DNA of 58,044 nt, the filler included, from Gonapodya sp. JEL0774 (lineage: Eukaryota): assembly GCA_027604505.1 (NCBI GenBank). It is 6 parts of 6 records of this genome, joined end to end, with 100 filler letters (N's around TTAATTAATTAA, not from the genome) between each part and the next. Parts side by side here need not be neighbours in the genome. Positions count along the whole stretch, not along the records: positions 9,877 to 19,496 come from JADIIX010000406.1; positions 19,597 to 29,195 come from JADIIX010000407.1; 4 more parts are not named here. One strand, 5' to 3'. Positions 9,877-23,730 of the stretch are shown piece by piece (position 1 is the stretch's first letter; the number at the start of each line of letters is the position of its first letter). The notes beneath the pieces were generated by a model. That model was not told where the DNA came from, made no database searches, and saw nothing but the letters and a program-made list of their open reading frames with translations. Made by a program: the position numbers and the translations under genes.

Positions 9877-11428
9877 CAGAGTGCGACGATTTACACTAAC
9901 CAGCCGGTACCAGCCCCAAGGTCTTCAGTTACCCGGTTTTCAACCTCAGATTGGAGCTTTTTCTCCGACTCAATATGGTGCGACTGCTCTGTCGGTAAGA
10001 GTCGAACCTGCTTGCCATGATGTTCCAAAGTTGCTTCCCACGAGCCTTGGTCTTGTCCAATCCCCGATGATCCCAGATCTCGTCAATTATATGCACCGCA
10101 GATGAAGCTCACGAATACCTTGTGGGCTTTGCCTTGTGGAGTTCTCTTGCTGTCCCATGTATTAAACCCCATGGCAATTTACCCCAGGAGAACAACTTTC
10201 TCGTCAAGCTCGATGGAATCCCGCAGTTCGCAAATCGATCATCCATCGACTACTCATCTGTCTGCTTGTGCACAGTGGCTGAAGTTTCCAACTACCTGGT
10301 GAGATTGTGTCCTCTGCGGGTTGCCTCACCTTCCCCACCCACTCATCATTCGACACACTGCGATTCAGGCCAACAACATTCTTGTAAAGATGAACGGAGT
10401 CAAGAAATACGTACCGCGTTCTTCCATCTTTTCGCCGTTTCGTGCACAGACGTGGCCATCGGTACGCTCTCACGTTTCTCGTCGTTTTGACGTTTTTGTC
10501 GTGAATCCCAAATCCGGTTCCGCCTGGTCCACGATTCAGAACTGGCCGCAAACACATTCAGGAGAACCCTTCAATTTCAGGTAAGATTTCAGTGCCAGTA
10601 TGTCGCGAACCTCACGGGGGGTCAACGGCGGTTCTCAGAGTGGTTGTTCTCCTCTGCGAAGCAGGACTCTCACTGGCCAACAAGCTCTAATCGGCAACAA
10701 TCTAGGCGTGTTTCCAGTGGATTTTCGTTACGATATGATGTCCAATTCAACTGGTTTGAGTATGCTTTGATCAGCCGACCTGTTTCTGTAAGTTAAGCCC
10801 GACCGGACTCACTCGTGTGGTCTTACTTCAAAGGTACGACAACAAACGAGCGATCTCCTTGGCCGACGGCTGCACTTCCTTCACCGTCAGCATCAAGCGT
10901 ATCCAGCGGTCAGTCCCCTCCCGCAGGTACGTTTGTTGGGGACTGTGTCCGACCGTGCAACTGCTTCAACACAGTGATCCGCCCGTTGCTGATCAATATA
11001 ATGTACCAACTCTTGTTAGTCGACAATGGGTTCTACGCGTATAGGCCAGTGAGCACGGTCCATCAAAGCACGGGTCGTTACGTTTGCTCCGAGGAAGGGT
11101 GTGGCTTAAGATTCGAACAGAGGTCTGGCATGGTCCGCCACCGCAACCTAATACACGCGAAACAACTCCCAGTCGGACACCCATATCGAGTTAAATGTAG
11201 ATGCGGGAAACTCTTTTACGGGTGAGAACTTTGAGACCGGGTGCTCCGTTTGAAAAAAATGATCGAAAACCTCATCACTGTCTCTCACCTCGCATTTGCA
11301 CACATGCACACATACACAGCTCCAAAGCTCAAAGCGACCATGCAAAGAGACTCGGTGGCGGTGACGCGCACAATGTCGTGACGGAGGTTGTTGGAGAGAT
11401 GGACGCTCCTAAGTTGTTTTTTTTGTGA
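9877..11428 (+). CDS. Partial multi-exon protein ending in C2H2 zinc finger(s)
   Basis: YVCSEEGCGLRFEQRSGMVRHRNLIH at about 11078-11155, then a second atypical finger CRCGKLFY|SKAQSDHAKRLGGGDAH across an intron. Upstream exons and boundaries are uncertain. Confidence 0.5.
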
Positions 11429-11818
11429 CGAAGGAGTTTACGGAAGAGTTGCACCGTCCTTGGGCGTTTTTTGTAGTGAGACTCAAGTTAACATATCTCG
11501 AGATGTTCCTCTTCCGTACCCTGCCCCATTTGCAAGTCGATTAGATTTCAGTGCATTTTATGCGCTCTGCTGGAAATGACGCCCATTTGAAGCGGTGAAC
11601 CTGGCCATGGATAGCGTGAAAATACGGGTCCAGAGATTACCAGGGATACGAATCTTTTCGTATAGTTGAACTGAGGTCGGCTGACGTTTTGGAATTTACA
11701 CCCGACCGTAAACACTTTGAACATCATAATGTGCGACTGATCTAGGCCGGCGAGGCGGCATGCACATGTATTCAAGATAAATCGAAGCTCAAAATCAGCG
11801 ATCATTCCGCGTCTACGT

Positions 11819-13367
11819 CTACAAAGGAAAACTATTTTGCAACGGAATGATGCTTTCTTTTGTTTCTGTCTTATAGCCTTGGAGGAATTTATAAAAGGAA
11901 GTTCCCCCTTGATGAGAAAAAGAGTTCAATTATTCAGCAGCTGTTGCATAGTAGTGCAAACGCATAGTCAAAGATTACTTGCCAGTACCCGTCAGGAGAC
12001 GCGCGAGATACTTGTGAGCCAGAGAGATGTGGGCGTTCCTCAAGCTGCACAGGCGTTCGAGGCACAGATTGTAAGCTTTCGCGACCTCGTCCGTGCCCTC
12101 GTTGACCAGGTTAACGGCAAACACGCGAATCGACGGGCCCTTCTCAAGCGCGCAAACAAAGCGACGGTGCTCTTTGAAGAAGTATGGTCGCATCTGTACG
12201 TAGAAATCGTCGGTGTGCAGCACACCAAGGACGATGTCGAACGCCTGGAACAGTGGGCTTTGTCCCCCGGTTCCCCCAGAAAAGATCTGAGTCTGTAACA
12301 CATCGAGAGAACATTTATAACGGACATGTTTCCCGGAAACTCGGTCGATGCGAGTCCTAACTTTTGATGTCACACCCTCGAAAATGATGTGGTGCCACGA
12401 CCCGAGGTAGGGGCGAATCGCTTGAACGAAGTCATCAATATCCGTGCCCTGTCGTGCGACAATATTGTTGAGGACAGAACGAGCAAACCAGAGCGTCAAG
12501 GCGGACACATCTCAAAAACGATCGTGCAATCAACCCACTTTTTGCATTTGCCCCATGACATCCGTCACCTGGCCGAGAGAGTCGTGCAGTGCAGTAAGGT
12601 TTGCCAGGACCGTTGCGGCGTCATGAGCGTTGGCGCCCTCCATCGCCAGGACTGCACACTCTAGGGCTCTGGCGCCCTTCGCCTCCATCGCTGCGTGCAC
12701 CTTGTAAAACCAGGATTCGGATGCAAGTCCCGTGAAGGTAAATTCACAGATAATGTCCTCCACGTTGGCGATCGGTCCAGCGGGTGTGAAACAATTCCAC
12801 AGCACAACTGAGGCGTATGAAGCGACGGGGTTCATTCCCAATCTTTCGGCGATCGCGGCTAGTGGAATTGCCAGCACTTTAGGGAGAACCTGCGTCAAAC
12901 GCAGGCGCCGCAGTGTTTCCCAATTATTTGGTGTCTCACAAAAAAACATCGAAACCGGAATAACGGACCTTTGCAACCTCCTCGCCCACTGCAAATATGT
13001 AGGCAGCTGAAACCATCGACAGCACCAAATAAGCACGCTTGAGATCGCAATCAGATTCCAAGAGGTCAGAATCAGCGAGGTCGAGCTGCGGCCATCGTCA
13101 GCAGGAGATGATCTATGATCAGTTGTTCTGCCATCTCACTAAATGTTGTTCCTTTGTGCTCACCGCATGCACTTCTTGCCGGAGACGTCTTTCCTTGAGG
13201 AGATCCGGCATCCTCTGTGCAAGATGTTCGTATACGACAAAAGGAGAACTTTGAAGGGGCTGGAGAGCTGATTCAGTGAGAAAACCTGTCCTGGGTGAGA
13301 CTGGGGGAGAGGCGACAAGCGGCGTCGATTGGGTGTTCTGGGCAGCTCGCAAAAGACTTCTGGGCAT
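11819..13367 (-). CDS. Indoleamine 2,3-dioxygenase family protein, multi-exon
   Basis: VSPRTGFL, LGMNPVASYASVVLWN, FTFTGLASESWFYKVHAAME, IRPYL, SGGTGGQSPLFQAFDIVLGV, MRPY..EHRRF, RNAHISLAHKY (heme-ligand His region) and terminal GTG|GTSFYKFL. Start codon is approximate. Confidence 0.9.
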
Positions 13368-13940
13368 AGAAATCACCGTCAAAGGCCGCTAGTCTTGGAA
13401 CAGAGCCCACAGGTGGGTACAAACTCATCGCTCTCCGCAATGCAAAGAGCAAAATGCTAGGAGACGGATCATCGTGTTGGGGGATGGAGACGACGCAAGG
13501 TAACAATCGGGAGTAACGCAGTCACATACCATAGAATCACAAAAGCGAGTGCAAGGCTCTCGGAGTTATTCATTGCTGCGATTCTCCGTTGTAACTGTAG
13601 ATGTTACAGCTTCCCGTCGGCTTTTGACTCGCTCGAGAGAAGCAGAAGTCATGGGTAAAAGGGCCATTTGCTTGTGCTTTGCAGAACTTTCAAAGCATTT
13701 GAGTGCTCTGCATATGCAGTCTTTGGCTAGAATACGATTCTGCTGTATGGTGATCCTCTGTCACCCTCTGATCGGCTGAGGACGAGGAGCTGCATATGCT
13801 GGCATGAGCATCCTGGCATACGCGCTCAGCCAAAGCTGACATTCAGAAATGCATATAAACGAGCAAATATCAATTCGCTTCCCGTGCTTCCTCCGATCGC
13901 ATCTCGCAGAACTCTTTCAGTTTTCACCTCGCGAACTTCA

Positions 13941-15678
13941 ATGTCCATGGCCACCCCCTCCCCGGACGGCTCCAGCGCAGTTGCCCGCGAGCAAGAAATT
14001 ACGCCTTGGAAAGTGGAAGGGGCCGTCAACGAATCCGGTGAAGTTATGGGGATCGACTACACGCGTCTTATCGAACAGTTCGGAACCCGGCCCATCGAAA
14101 AGGCACTTCTGCAGCGGTTCGAGCTTGCCACGGGTGTGAAACCCCACAGACTACTACGTAGGGGTATTTTCTTTTCCCACAGGTGTGTTGCTTCGTCCTT
14201 TTGTTTGGGTGTTGGGAGCTCAGGACATTTGTACTTTGTGTTCCGACTGTATATCTGACTCTTTCATACTTTGATTCTCACTCAGGGATCTCGAAGTGAT
14301 TCTTGACAGATATGAACAGGGGAAGCCCTTCTTCTTGTATACGGGGAGAGGGCCTTCGGCTTCCAGCATGCATCTTGGCCATTTGGTACCTTTTATCTTC
14401 ACAAAGTGAGCGTCATCACATGTTTGCATCTATCTGAAGATGGTGCTCCTCCCTAATCGAATGGCGTAAAGGTGGCTTCAAGATGTTTTCAGGGTCCCTC
14501 TTGTGATTCAATTGACAGACGACGAGAAATTCCTCTTCAAACCAACACTTCAGCTGGAGGAATGCCATTCAATGGCTTTGGAAAATGCCAAGGACATAAT
14601 AGCGTGCGGATTTGACCCAAAACTAACCTTCATCTTCTCCAACTTGGACTATGTCGGGTGAGTGAGCTGGCCCCTGGCGCTCAGTGAATCTTACAGACAG
14701 GCACCGCTGACACCGAAATTTTCACCTCCCTGAAACGTGCCAGTGGCGCATTTTATGCCAACATCGTTCGAATCGCCAAGTCTGTTACCGGATCGAGCTC
14801 CAAAAGTACGTTTGGCTTCAGCGACTCGGACAACATCGGCATGCAGCACTTTGTGGCGATCCAGGCGGCCCCAAGCTTCTCCAATACATTCCCCCATATA
14901 TTCGGAGTGACGGGGGATATCCCAGCGCTGATTCCTTGTGCGATCGATCAGGTATGCCGGGGGAGAGGTCGTTTCTTGTCCAAGTATTTGCTGTGACGGT
15001 CTTGAACTTGATGCACTTGCGGCTCCATGTCCGCATCTTCCCTTCAGGACCCATACTTCCGGATCACTCGAGATGTCGCACCTCGTCTTCAATATCCCAA
15101 GCCCTCCCTCATCCATGCCCGCTTCCTTCCATCTCTTCAAGGAGCGTTTGGCAAAATGTCGTCATCGGAGAGCCAATCTACGGTGCTTCTTTCGGACACG
15201 GAGAAGCAAGTGTACGCGAAAATCAACAAGTATGCGTTCAGTGGCGGGAAGGAGACGGTCGAGGAGCACCGTAAGCTTGGTGGTGATCCAGATGTGGATG
15301 TCTCGTTCCAGTACTTGAGGTGAGCTTGCTCTTGGCGATCTACATCTGAGTGCTTTCTGTCCATGTATCTCACAGGTTCTGTATCATGATGGATTCCCCT
15401 TGTTTCCTTGCAGATACTTCCTCGAAGACGATACCGAACTGGAAAAGATCCGCGTCTCCTACAAGTACGGCGACATGCTCTCGGGAGAGCTCAAGGCGCT
15501 TTGTGCCCGAGTTGTTTCCAAGGTTGTCTCCGAGTTCCAGGCGAGGAGGTCCTCTGTTGGAAAAGATGACGTGCGGGCGTTCATGGATTGTGCAAAGACG
15601 ATGGAGTGGAGGACGGCGTTTTCGGAAAGGTTGGAGGCAAAGGGCAAAAAGACAAACGATGCTGTTGTAGGATGGTAG
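13941..15678 (+). CDS. WRS1: Cytoplasmic tryptophanyl-tRNA synthetase, multi-exon
   Basis: [83 protein letters not shown]. Confidence 0.96.
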
Positions 15679-18600
15679 TGGTTCGTAGTAGTCATGCGTG
15701 TGTGTAAGCAGTTTGGAAAGTTATCATCCGTCCATCAACAACGGCCGACGCCAATGTGAGTGTGCTCGTCGTCGCCACGGATGACGGATCCCATGTACAT
15801 GGTCGAGGTGTGCTTTTGGCGCTTATGTATGCATGTACACAAGACGTGAGAGACAATAAATGGGGACCCTTTCGAACGTTGCATATCTCAACACAACACG
15901 ATGTACTAATGCAGCCACCGATCGTGTACCAATGAAATTTTCGCCAGGTTATGTTCCCCTTGCCCCAACCCCCGTCCGAGTGAAAGTCTTAACACCATGC
16001 CTGGGCCTGGAGCCTGGGGCCTGGTGCCTGCCTGGGTCAGCGGCCGTGTGAACGGAGAGACCCGGACCGAGTCATGAACAAACTGCTCAACATCTCCCGT
16101 GCCTGCGTTCGGTCGCTTGGAACAATCATGTAGCTATTAGAGGATCGTACTGTATGTGGAGAGAGGGAGAGAGGGGGACGTCTGTGGTACGGGCAGGACG
16201 GGTTACTGCCGTGTTCTTTACCAACACAAGTAGTGTCGGGGCCGCGGAGCAGGGAATCGAGAACGCATTCAGAAGGATTGTTGAGGGGGTTTTAGGTTGT
16301 TTCTGAGTTTTGGGGAGCTTGGGGCCTGATGATTGGCAGAGTATCCGTACTCACATTACATGCAAACCGATCTGCTTAAGGTTTTTTTCGCATTGCATGA
16401 CTGCGTCATACAAAAGATGCCCGATTGTCTCCAGCTCACCGGTGGATATTTGCCCTCCTATCACGAGTAGTTCGGCCACAGTTGGGTACTCAAAATCGAT
16501 TACACTACACCGATGACTGCCGAACTATTTTAAGTTACGAAATAGATATGCCCACCTCTTAGCCATTTGCGTCTGCACGAGCGAGATGCAAGTGTTTCCA
16601 GAGCGCACCCGGGGGGGGGGGGTGGGCAAAGCGCTCCACAAAATGGACCACTCACCTGGATCCTAGCGGGTAGAATACTGTTCTCGCCATCAATTCAAAG
16701 TCGGGGCGCTGGGTGCAGAAGAACACGCTGTAAAGCAGATTACGTGATGTACTGCTCTACTCTCGAGTTTGGTGAAATAACTCTCACCTTTACTTAGCCA
16801 ACTTGCTGCATCGGCCTCGCCGTCCCCCTAAACATTCCCTTGCTCCTTGTCTCCAACTTCACACCGCTCCGGTCCCAGTGCTTTCCCTTCGGAGTTTCCA
16901 ACCTTGCAGTGACGGGTGACGCGCACCCGCAAACCACCGGGCCGTATCCGAGGAGGATGTTGATAGATTCGAATTGAAGGTTGTTGTCGGGTTCAAGCTT
17001 GAGCCATAAACCTCTGAGGAGAGGAGGAGAAATGAATAGCCTGGGAGTGAGATTACGACAACAGCCACTTAGTAGTGGCTGAACAGGCGAGCTTACCGCG
17101 TCAAAGAATCGTCTCGAGGGTGCATGGTCGGCCCCTCCACCTCACAACCTTGAACTCGAGGCAAAACTTGAACTTGACATTACAATTCGGTGATGAGTGC
17201 AAGACGATCGTGATGACCGTCACAACAGCTCCGCTCACCTTGAAGACACCAACCTCCCACTTGCTGTCTCACCAAACACAAATCCCTCCTTCTTCTCCAT
17301 TGACCATCCGCTCCGGCATATCCCGTGGTGTCGCATCGGATTTAGACTTCCGAGACGGTAGCTAGTGCAGGGCATTGCAAACCCACAGAACCCGTACTCG
17401 ATAATTGTGATGGTGAAGAGGCTGAAGAACTGCGTTGTAAACAGGTTACTTGGAATGCAGCGCAAAGGGTGATTTCCAGAACTGGAGGTGAAAACAGGCA
17501 ACAGGGACAGGGCTTAATCATCAAAAAGATATTATGTCCCAAATACAGTCTCACCTTGCACGAATAACATGCATCCCATTGCCCCTCCGCCGTTACAATT
17601 GCTCCATTCCGAGTAAATGGAGGCTGGAGGGGCGGCCGCCGTAGCGATGAGCTTGATCTGATCAACGAACCATTAGCGTACTATGTGTAAGCAAGAAAAG
17701 GAGCTGACATTATAATCATTAATGAATAGACACACAATCAAGAACGAGGAGCCATTGCAGTCAATACAGCGGCTCCGCTCACCTTGGCAACCCAAACTTC
17801 CTGCGCCTTCTGGTCCTTCACCATCAACAACGATGGCTCCCATTCCTTGCCTCCACCATCACGTCCTTTCGGCCACCTGCAGCGTCACACCTCGGGCTGC
17901 CCCCGGTGCAGTGTTGTATCGTGCTCCAGAACCCTGCTTCCTGCTTAGTTGAAACGGACGGTGGAGGTGGGGGTGGGAGTTGGAGCGACGCGCGGGCGGG
18001 CCTGGCTTCGTGCACGTGCCCGCCCATGTCTACCCGCCCCGACCGCCCTCGCCCGTCTCCCCGTGGTCCCTGTCGGTGATGCGGCGGGAGAAGACGGGTC
18101 TGGAAAAGTGGATGTGGGGGACGTGAGGGGGCCGGTGGTGGCGTTGGGATAGTGGGGGAGGGGGTTGGATGTGGGTCAGGGGGAAGGAGGAACGCGCGTG
18201 TTCGGAAGAGGAACGCGAGTTTGTTTGCGTGGAAAAACCACACAGAAGGAAAGCGTTACCCCGGCCTTTCGCACAGACTTGATCTTTTTTTCGTGAAACA
18301 ATAGGTCGGGGAGGATGTTGTGCGGGCCGGATCAAGTGGGTTTTTGGCTACGGCGCGAGTGTTGGTGAGTATCTTTTTCGTGGATCGTGGATGATGGGAT
18401 GGATTTGGAGTTGGACTTGGAATTGGAATTGGACTCGGACTTGGATGTGTTGTGTTTGGTTTTACGTACTATGTATACCACCTTGAGGTCCTAACGGTTC
18501 GGCTGTTGGGAACCTTCGTAACATAATGGCGGCGGCCAGTGGTGGGTACTGGTATTGGAATTGGAATTGGTATGCTTTCACTATGTAATTATTTGAGCAG

Positions 18601-18988
18601 AATGTTTTGCGGAATTTTCTAGAGGTTATGTGGTGGTACTTGGACCGACGTCGCTCATTTTCCGAGGAACGAATGTTGGTTGATACTGGCTGGCGTCAGC
18701 TAACGTTCTCCGGAAAGACCCGAGTGGACCGACTTAAAACAGTAACCCCATAAGGCGGAAGGTAGCACACCACTAAAAGTCTAAAATCCCCTTTGAACCA
18801 CTTTTCCACCTTTCGAAGTTCGGAGAGCTTCGTGATTTCTGAGTTGCACGGTAAAATTTGCGTCTTTCGTGTCTCCATGTTTATATGGCGGTTCTGCCTG
18901 CAGTTGGGTGCTGATACGTGCTGTGGGGGTGCTGTGGAACGTGAGCGCATTCTTGCTTGTCGTCAACCCACTGTTGCTCCCACTAAGC

Positions 18989-19496
18989 ATGTCGTCCTCG
19001 CGAGAAGATCTCTCGCAACAAGATCCCTCGCAACAAAATCTCTCGCAAAAAGATCCTTACAAACAAGATCCCTCTCGAGCAGGTCGTCTAAACACGTGGG
19101 CGGGTATGACCTATCTCAGAAGGGGGTTGGACATCAAAGCTCTGTCGTGGCTCCCGGAACCAGACGGCACCAACTCAATCCAATGCAATTACTGTAAGAA
19201 GAGAAAATGGACACAGAAAGCGCGTAAGTTGAATTCAGCTGCTAATGAACATCTCCAACAGGATGCAAACGTTCCTGTTGGTTTAGGGTCCTCAAAAGGT
19301 ACCGAGATGAGAGATCACGTTTACCAATGTTCGGAACGGACAGCGTGGATAGGACATCTGAGCAACCATCCATCAAAAGCAGCTCAAAGAACCCAACTAG
19401 CGGGTAGTGTAGACGGAGCCGCACCAGCAGCGGACCAGACTTCGCAGCCGACTACTACGATAGACGGAGTCATGCAAGAAGCCGGCCGTTCTTTTG
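18989..19496 (+). mobile_element. BED zinc-finger ORF, probable 5' part of a hAT-type transposase; truncated at contig end
   Basis: W...SIQCNYCKK...SSKGTEMRDHVYQC fits the BED finger pattern. It is preceded by five 15-bp repeats at 19004-19078. The catalytic domain and TIRs are not visible. Confidence 0.5.
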
Positions 19497-19596
19497 NNNN
19501 NNNNNNNNNNNNNNNNNNNNNNNNNNNNNNNNNNNNNNNNTTAATTAATTAANNNNNNNNNNNNNNNNNNNNNNNNNNNNNNNNNNNNNNNNNNNN
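19497..19596. other. Artificial contig linker
   Basis: N44-TTAATTAATTAA-N44. Confidence 0.98.
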
Positions 19597-22500
19597 GGGC
19601 CCAGAAGATCGCAACACCCCCGATTCCAGGCATGAAACGCGCCGGACGGAAAATCGGGTGGCCAGCGCTCGTACTTGTTGCACTCGCACTTTATGTTACC
19701 GCCATTGCCACCGTTTCCAGCGTTGAATCGCAGGATCACCGCTTTCGAGTGCAGGTCCCGGGAGCTGGAGGTGGGCATCTGGGCGTACATTGGAAGCGAC
19801 CACCCGCTCCCGGTGAAGACTCTTCGGAAACGATTTTGGCTGACCATGAAGCGCTTGATGTTCTTGGACTGCCACGTGCCGGGGTTCGAACGGAGTGTGA
19901 GAGGTGCTCACCGGTCGGAGATGACAAAGGGACGAGAGGATGGACAGATGAAAGCCAAGTGGCCACCTTTGAAACAAGCTGGGTACGTGGAGAAACGGGA
20001 AGCTGAAGCTGCCTTCTTCCTACATAATATGATCCATTCTGCTGCTATGTGCCTGCGGCAGCAAGTCCTCGGTCCCCTTCCTCCTTCGCTCTCGGGCTCA
20101 TCCCTCCTCGCGTTCGTCGATTCGATACCCGCGTACGCGGCTGATCCCGATTTCACTGACAAGTTCCCGTCGGAAATTGCGGATGGAGGGTTCGCAACAT
20201 GGCACAACTGGACAGCCACCGTGGGAAGCGACGGCGTGCACACCGTACAGGAGAACTTTGACGAGTTGAACGAAGACTTGCTACAGTCGTTTTTTGGAAT
20301 TGCTGGGTGAGTGAAAGTGGATTGTTTCATGCATAACGTCCGTTCGTGGACTTAATGCCTCGTCTTCTCGTCATTCTTCCTGCAAACCAGCCTCGAATAC
20401 AATTTCCTCGTTATCAACACTCTTCATGTCCCTACGTCGGGTCTCTATTTGTTCACTCAGCCTTCCGGCCCTCGATCCTTTTACGTAGACGGAGCAGCTC
20501 ACTCGCACGACCCGTTCATGGGTGGAAACGCGTCGTTCCCTGTTCCTTTGAGTGCAGGAAGGCGAACATTTGCGTTTATGGGCAGGGGGTTTGGAAAAGA
20601 AGGAGGTTTTCAAGTGCCAGGCTTGGTCAGAACTCTTGATGAACGGGGACCTGGATTTCATTTGGTAGACGATGATGTCGTTGTGCCAGATCTCGTAAAG
20701 TGAGTAATTTCGGTGGAGTGAACGAATGCAATGATTGAACGATCAGTTTAACCCAAAACGACGGGATCTTTCCAAAACGTACTCGTGAACAATCGCTGTA
20801 ACTTTATCAAGCGGTCACCCTTCCTCACCGCACTTCTCGCTCGTCGTTATTCCTCACATCTGCATTGCGCCCACGACCCTCTCGGTCCTCGTGATTCTTC
20901 GGGGCACCTTTACTGCTTGGACCTCTCTCACCACCTTTCCAGCTTCTGGTAGCCACGCTTACAGAGCACGACAACCAATACCACTGAGACTTATCTTGCC
21001 AACCTTACCTAGAGGAGATACCGTATTGGCCTGTTCAGAGAACACTCCTCAGCTCACGGTCCGAATATCCTTGCCTGACCGACCAGCACTTATAACCCAC
21101 ATAAACCTCCCCTGCACGACGCACCCGGAAGCGTTCCGATTCACATTCCCAGACCACCGTTCTGACAATTCTATCCACTACGCTGCTGTCCGTCCGCCCA
21201 CCTCTCCTGAATCCTGCGCGTCTCAGGGCTGCCCCGTTCTCTTGTCGCTCCACGGCGCTGGTGTGGATTCAGCCTCATGGGCTTGGACGTCGTCGTACCG
21301 CTCACAACCTCGTGCTTGGGTTGTCCTGCCGACAGGGAGGAGGAAGTACGGATTCGATTGGGAAGGAGTGGGGTATGGAAACGCATGGGCGGCTGTGGAG
21401 GCACTCAAGACTTTGGTGGACGGAGGATGGGGTGTGCCCGAAGTATTGAAAGGAAAGGTGGGAGTGGATACGAAGAGGCTCGTTTATGCAGGGCACAGGT
21501 GAGGGAACTCAACGTGCGTCGTTGTCTTGGCCCCTTCGGTCCTCCCTCATCACTGACATTGGCTCTCTTCTTCCCACCATAACGCGATCAGCATGGGGGG
21601 ACATGGCTCTCTCCTACTCCTCACACACCATCCCGACCTCGCTCTAGGTGCGCTCCCCGCCTCGGGATGGTTGCGTCACGCAGACTATCTGCCCGACTTC
21701 TTGGTCTCCGACTGGGCAGCCCAGGGTAAAGGCTGGTGGGAGAGGGCAGTCGCACAGCAGGCACTCGAAGAGTGGGAGGCCCAAGGTGGCGTGGGAAATG
21801 CGGTGGGGATACCAGTAGTGGTGAGTTTGAACGGTGCAAGTTGTTGAGGATCGAAGATCGGGCTGATTTTCAAAACTCCACAAACGCATATCTCCGAAGC
21901 TCCGTACCGGTACCGTTGACGACAACGTTCCACCTCATAATCTTCGACGCTTCCATCGGCTCCTACTCGCTTCCTCACGTCGGGCCGGGTCCCAAGCGGC
22001 CATCGCTCTTTCCGAAGTTCCTGGGCAGGGCCACTGGTTTGGCGGTGTGGTGGATGACGACGAGTTGCAGAAACACTTTGACCAGTGGCTTGGTATCATG
22101 GATAGCGTTGCCAGATCTAGCGTGACTGGCCCATTGCTCCAGGATGGTCCGCACGAACCGTCACCCCCACCGCCTGAACCAGCCGATCGTCTCAGCCTAC
22201 CTCGACTTCCCCCTCAGTTTTCGTTTTCTACAGCCAACCCAGCGACCTCCGGCTCCCGTGGCGGTGTTCGAATCCTTCAGCTTCAAATCACTGGACGGCG
22301 TGCGAGTTTCTCGGTATCAGTAACCGCCCCGTCCGCACCGTGGCACATTACCACCCACAATGTTCGTCGTATTGCCGTTCGTGGCCTAGAGTCCGACGGG
22401 GATTCTGACTCGACTCACGTCCCTTTGCACGGCATAGTTCTGGACGGACGAACCTTCCCTTACGCCTTGGGGAAGGAGTTCGTGTACATGCCAATCTTGG

Positions 22501-23228
22501 GCTGGTTGCCGTCTCCACTTGCGTCGTGGAGACGTGTGGAAAGATCTCCCATGTCTTATGGTCCGGCAAGGAGAGTGTGGATGAGTGGGGTGGTCATTGC
22601 ACATTCAGTTGGTTTCAGAGAGGAGGCGTTGAGGTTAGCACAAGAGGTGTATTGGAGGGGGAGAGGATCTGTTGACATTGAGGAGGTGGAGGAATCGGCA
22701 GCGGGTGTTAGTTCGCTGGTGACAGCATTGAAAGCACAGGAGGGAGCCCCTCTGAAGGAGACCGATCTGCGAGAGCTTGATGCGGACCCTATCATGCCAC
22801 TACCCGCACGTCAGCCAAACTTCGTGATTATCGCAACCCCGGGGTCCAACCTCCTTGTGGCGTTGGGCGACATTCTGCCCCACCACGGTCCACCAATAGC
22901 GTTTCACGCTCATCCCACCAATCCATCCTTTACTCTCGGACCGCGTGTGTTCGCTCACCAATTTCACGCCATAGTTTACATTGCACCATTATCTCGCGAG
23001 GATCCACGCCGGCTAGCACTGATCGTAGCGGGAAACTCTGCGAACGCTGTGAGAAAGGCAGTGGGGATGATACCGGTCTACAGTGGAAGCCGCGTCGGGG
23101 ACTATGTTGTACTTGGTGAGAGCACGGGAGACGATGGTTACGGTGGAGTTGAGGGAGCAGGATGGTGGGGTTGGGATTGGGGATTTGGTGAGTTTGACAA
23201 GCTTGAGAACTTGTTCATTGGTTTGTGA
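19597..23228 (+). CDS. Large alpha/beta-hydrolase (prolyl-oligopeptidase S9-like) protein, 5' truncated, multi-exon
   Basis: VLLSLHGAGVD, PTGRRKYGFDWEGVG, and nucleophile motif YAGH-S-MGGHG reconstituted across intron 21499-21591. Also ANPATSGSRGGVRILQL and R..MSYGP. Confidence 0.75.
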
Positions 23229-23730
23229 CTGATCCTCTGCTCCGTCGACTTTACGTAGACGAGCGGAGTGGGTGGGTTTAAGTGGTGTCCTTTCGGTTGA
23301 TTTCACACTTACAAATGGGTCAGTTCCCGGCTCACAATAACACTTCCGAGTGCCTGTAAATAAGCCATATAAATACGAAGGAGCCCGAAGTTAATAATAA
23401 CCACTGCAGCATCTTTGGTAGGCTAATAAGCTCATTTCCCATACGGAGGAGATCAACGGTGCACAGGCCCGATCCAGTGTGTGGAGGCTGCTGTCAGGAC
23501 CAAGGAAAGTACAAGAGCATACCACTCTGCGAGACCGGACAGGAGCTCAGCGGAGTTTCTCAATAGATTCAATGCTTTGAAATTGACACATATCATTACA
23601 CCGAAAGAGGTCGCTTGACTGTCGTTAGGTACGTAGACAACCAAGAAAATCGTAAACCTGCAAAGTCCGCAAGTCTTCAGAGATACCCTTCCTCCACTTC
23701 CCAAAGCTTTCGTAGCTATGTGTATTGCCG

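Noticed and set aside
9661..13367. Apparent immune cluster of the NLR with IDO and TrpRS
   Set aside because: They lie on different contigs separated by an artificial linker.
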